Shown here one piece after another: positions 17,452-20,198 of a stretch of DNA of 20,198 bases. Source of the DNA: Promethearchaeota archaeon (GTDB lineage Archaea; Asgardarchaeota; Lokiarchaeia; Sigyniarchaeales; SOKP01); contig SDNY01000065.1 in NCBI GenBank assembly GCA_004524535.1, forward strand, positions 1 through 20,198, written 5' to 3'. The notes under the pieces were generated by a model that worked only from the letters and a program-made list of their open reading frames with translations, was not told the DNA's origin and made no database searches. Position numbers and translations under genes: made by a program. Position 1 is the first letter of the stretch, and each line of letters opens with the position of its first letter.

Positions 17452-18354
17452 ATGAAGAGAATTTTAATAATTGGTCCGGCGAGTCAAATTTTAGGGATAA
17501 AAATCGCAAAACAATTAGAAATTGATTATTTCAATACAGAAACTAAAACTTTTCCCGATGGAGAAAATTACCTTAGAATTAATATTGAGGACGAATCCTT
17601 AATAGATGGAAAAGAAGTGATTATCATTCAATCAACTGGACCAAGCTCTAGTGGTAATCAAAATGCTCGTTTATTTGAATTATTAATGATGATTGATGCT
17701 GTTAAACGTATGGGAGCTGTAAAAATTATTGTTGTTGTACCCTATCTGGCATATGCTCGTCAAGATAAGATTTTTAGAGCTGGTGAATGTCAATTTGCAA
17801 ACATTGTTTTAACAATTCTTGATTCCATGAGTATCGATGAACTCTATGTCGTGGATTTACATGCACCTCAAGTTTTACAAGAAATTCAGTGCAAAACAGT
17901 TAATATAGATTCCATGAAATTATTAGCAGATTATATAAAATCCTTAGGAGCTAAAGATATTGTTGTAGTATCTCCAGATAAAGGAGCTGTAGAGAGATCG
18001 AAAGCATTTGCTAAGCATTTTGGAGAGAATGTCCCTGTAGATTATTTTGAAAAAAAGCGAGATGTGAAATCAGGTGATATAACGATGTCTGGAAAACTAA
18101 GTTTAAAGGGTAAAGATGTTGTTGTATCAGATGACATAATTGCTACTGGTGGAACTATGGCAATTGCAATTAAAATCTCAAAGGAAAGTGGTGCCAATAA
18201 AGTATATGCTGTTGCAACCCATGCGCTTTTATTACAAAATGCTAAGTTTAGGATTTTAAGTGCTGGAGCGGATGACATAATTGGAACAGATTCTATTGAT
18301 AATGAGGTTAGTAAAGTTTCACTGGCAGATGCTATTGTGGATTACTTAAAATAA
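17452..18354 (+). CDS. prs: Ribose-phosphate pyrophosphokinase
   Basis: FPDGE, PYLAYARQDK, DLH, SPDKGA, KKR and DDIIATGGT motifs. Confidence 0.97.
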   Translation: MKRILIIGPASQILGIKIAKQLEIDYFNTETKTFPDGENYLRINIEDESLIDGKEVIIIQSTGPSSSGNQNARLFELLMMIDAVKRMGAVKIIVVVPYLAYARQDKIFRAGECQFANIVLTILDSMSIDELYVVDLHAPQVLQEIQCKTVNIDSMKLLADYIKSLGAKDIVVVSPDKGAVERSKAFAKHFGENVPVDYFEKKRDVKSGDITMSGKLSLKGKDVVVSDDIIATGGTMAIAIKISKESGANKVYAVATHALLLQNAKFRILSAGADDIIGTDSIDNEVSKVSLADAIVDYLK

Positions 18355-18357
18355 TTC

Positions 18358-18900
18358 TTAATAATTATCTATTACTTTTTTTACTAATTCTCTCGCTTTT
18401 TCTTTAGTTTCTTCGATGGATATTGCAGTATGTAATGGATAATCAGCATTGGATATCACTTCTTTTGTGCCAAATTTTATTTCACGTTGATCGCGCGCGC
18501 GCATTTCTTCGATAGTTTTTGGATCGTCAGGTCTTGCTCTTCTTAAGAGCCGCTCAAATCTTGTTTTCTCATCTAGAATAGTTGCGATTAAAGGAAATTT
18601 CCAAAATTTTCTAAATTCATTTACTTCGATGATAGATCGCACTCCATCAATAAAAATAATATCGTCTTTAAAATTTTTAATCAACTCAACACATTTTATG
18701 GCAATAATTTCTTGTCCCCATTTGTCTCGTAGCTCGTTGGCAATTTTTCCTAAATTTTCTCCTGTTGGGTCAACTCCCCTTATTTTTGCTTCATTCCGTA
18801 TTACATCTCCCATTGTTATTATTTTTCCCAGATCACTTATTGCTTCTATTGCCGTTGATTTACCAGATCCAGGTAAACCACAAAATCCTATAACTTTCAA
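18358..18900 (-). CDS. P-loop NMP-kinase-fold protein (UPF0200 / archaeal COG0237-like)
   Basis: GLPGSGKST, MGDVIR, IDGVRS..E, RF.RL..R.R.DD and RD.RE..FG motifs. TTG start. Confidence 0.88.
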   Translation of the reverse strand: MKVIGFCGLPGSGKSTAIEAISDLGKIITMGDVIRNEAKIRGVDPTGENLGKIANELRDKWGQEIIAIKCVELIKNFKDDIIFIDGVRSIIEVNEFRKFWKFPLIATILDEKTRFERLLRRARPDDPKTIEEMRARDQREIKFGTKEVISNADYPLHTAISIEETKEKARELVKKVIDNY

Positions 18901-19009
18901 TTTAAAGAAATTAATTTATTAAATATTATTTATATATTAATTTTAGATTTAAATTCTATTTAGTCTTAATGAAAGGATTATTAAAAAAAAACTTATAAAA
19001 AAAATTATT

Positions 19010-20116
19010 ATGGTTGTAGATCCTGCTTCTGCTCCCGTTTGTCTTAAGTATAAAGCATATAAAAGAATGGTTGGATATGCAATTAGATATGCTAACAATC
19101 ATTTAGAGCAGAAAAAATGGAAAGAAGTTTATGGAATTTTAGTTGGCTCTGTTGAAAAAGAAACTAAAGTGATTGTTAAAGATGCTATACCTATGATTGT
19201 CGGTGATAGAGCTGGAGTCAAATATGAAAATAAAACTTATGTAGATATGGCTCAAATTGATGCATCAGTTTATGAACGCTCAATTCAAGACAAAAAAAAT
19301 GATTTTATTATTGGATGGTGGCATACACATCCGGGTTTTGCTTTCTTTTTTTCAGATGTTGATAAAATTACTCATTTAGGTTATCAAAGTCCTAACCCGT
19401 TTGGGGTTGCATTGATTTTTGATCATTGCGAAAAAAACCAAGAATCATTAGGTGTAGCAGCATTAAGATTGAAAAAACCAGAGAGAGGTATTTTTAGTAC
19501 CCATCAAATTGTTAAATTGGATTACGATTTAGATATAAAAACTATAAATCAAAAGATTGAAAAAGCAATTGGAAACATACAAAAAAATATGGGAAAGATC
19601 CTTAAAGAATTAAAGTATATTCAAAATGTTTTATTTGAAGATGGATTTAAAAGCCTCCAGAAAAATTATGGTTTATCATTAATCCCAAAGAAAGATTCAA
19701 CAGTTTTAGACGAAAATGAGCAGGAAATAGAGGATATAGATAATTCCTACATATGGGATCCAGAGTCTTTTAAAAAATCATACCAGATACCTAAATTTAG
19801 AGAAAAAATTGAGATTCAAATAAAAAATTATCAAGAAATTTTAAAGAATTTATTAAAAGCGCAAGAATCAGCGAAATTTAATGCGAATAAAAGCAAATTT
19901 AAAAAAAAATTAAAAAATATGTTAAAAAAACCAAATGAGCTCTATAACAAAATTACAAACGAATTCATTAAAAAAATTGATATTATAAGTCCTTATTTTG
20001 ATTATTTAGACACCGATGAGAGAAAAATTATCGAAAAATATGAAGAAAATATGGAGAAATATCATTCAATTTTAACTAAACTAAATAAAAAAGCAGAATT
20101 AAATTTAAAAGCTTAA
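19010..20116 (+). CDS. JAMM/MPN+ metalloprotease (Rpn11/CSN5-like) with long C-terminal helical region
   Basis: EVYGILVG...IGWWHTHPGFAFFFSDVD...H..YQ is an intact E-xn-HxH-x7-S-x2-D motif. Confidence 0.9.
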   Translation: MVVDPASAPVCLKYKAYKRMVGYAIRYANNHLEQKKWKEVYGILVGSVEKETKVIVKDAIPMIVGDRAGVKYENKTYVDMAQIDASVYERSIQDKKNDFIIGWWHTHPGFAFFFSDVDKITHLGYQSPNPFGVALIFDHCEKNQESLGVAALRLKKPERGIFSTHQIVKLDYDLDIKTINQKIEKAIGNIQKNMGKILKELKYIQNVLFEDGFKSLQKNYGLSLIPKKDSTVLDENEQEIEDIDNSYIWDPESFKKSYQIPKFREKIEIQIKNYQEILKNLLKAQESAKFNANKSKFKKKLKNMLKKPNELYNKITNEFIKKIDIISPYFDYLDTDERKIIEKYEENMEKYHSILTKLNKKAELNLKA

Positions 20117-20198
20117 TAAAGATAAAATACTTCTATTAAAAATAAGTTTTATATAATTAGAAATATACTATTTATTGTATAACTTTTTTTGATTAAGA

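Noticed and set aside
18492-18502. CG dinucleotide run in AT-rich DNA
   Set aside because: It simply encodes Arg-Ala-Arg in the conserved RD.RE motif region.
18042-18922. ORFs 18042-18278 (-) and 18629-18922 (+)
   Set aside because: Antisense shadows of prs and the kinase gene.

Overview
AT-rich archaeal chromosome segment whose gene content points to an Asgard archaeon, most likely Lokiarchaeia (inference): two Rab/Ras-like small GTPases, longin/DENN-like domains, an SDS22-type LRR protein, a JAMM/MPN+ protease, archaeal-type ThrRS, RibK/RibL, translin and PRPP synthase. The main finding is in the small GTPase gene at 11364-11921 (-). A 30-nt insertion carrying an in-frame UAG interrupts it, and the pre-mRNA folds into a textbook bulge-helix-bulge. 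Cleavage at the canonical positions exactly restores YKFKVT-LFGPGGVGKT, so this is a candidate tRNA-endonuclease-spliced mRNA intron in a eukaryote-signature gene. Other points of interest are a divergent uDENN/longin-GTPase and longin-wHTH pair, a Bro1/ALIX-like protein, a ThrRS with Asp at the Zn-ligand Cys position, a ribL lacking a canonical start codon, a locally scrambled DUF169 gene and a histidine kinase remnant. No rRNA, tRNA, CRISPR array or mobile element was seen. All family assignments are by eye; no searches were run.
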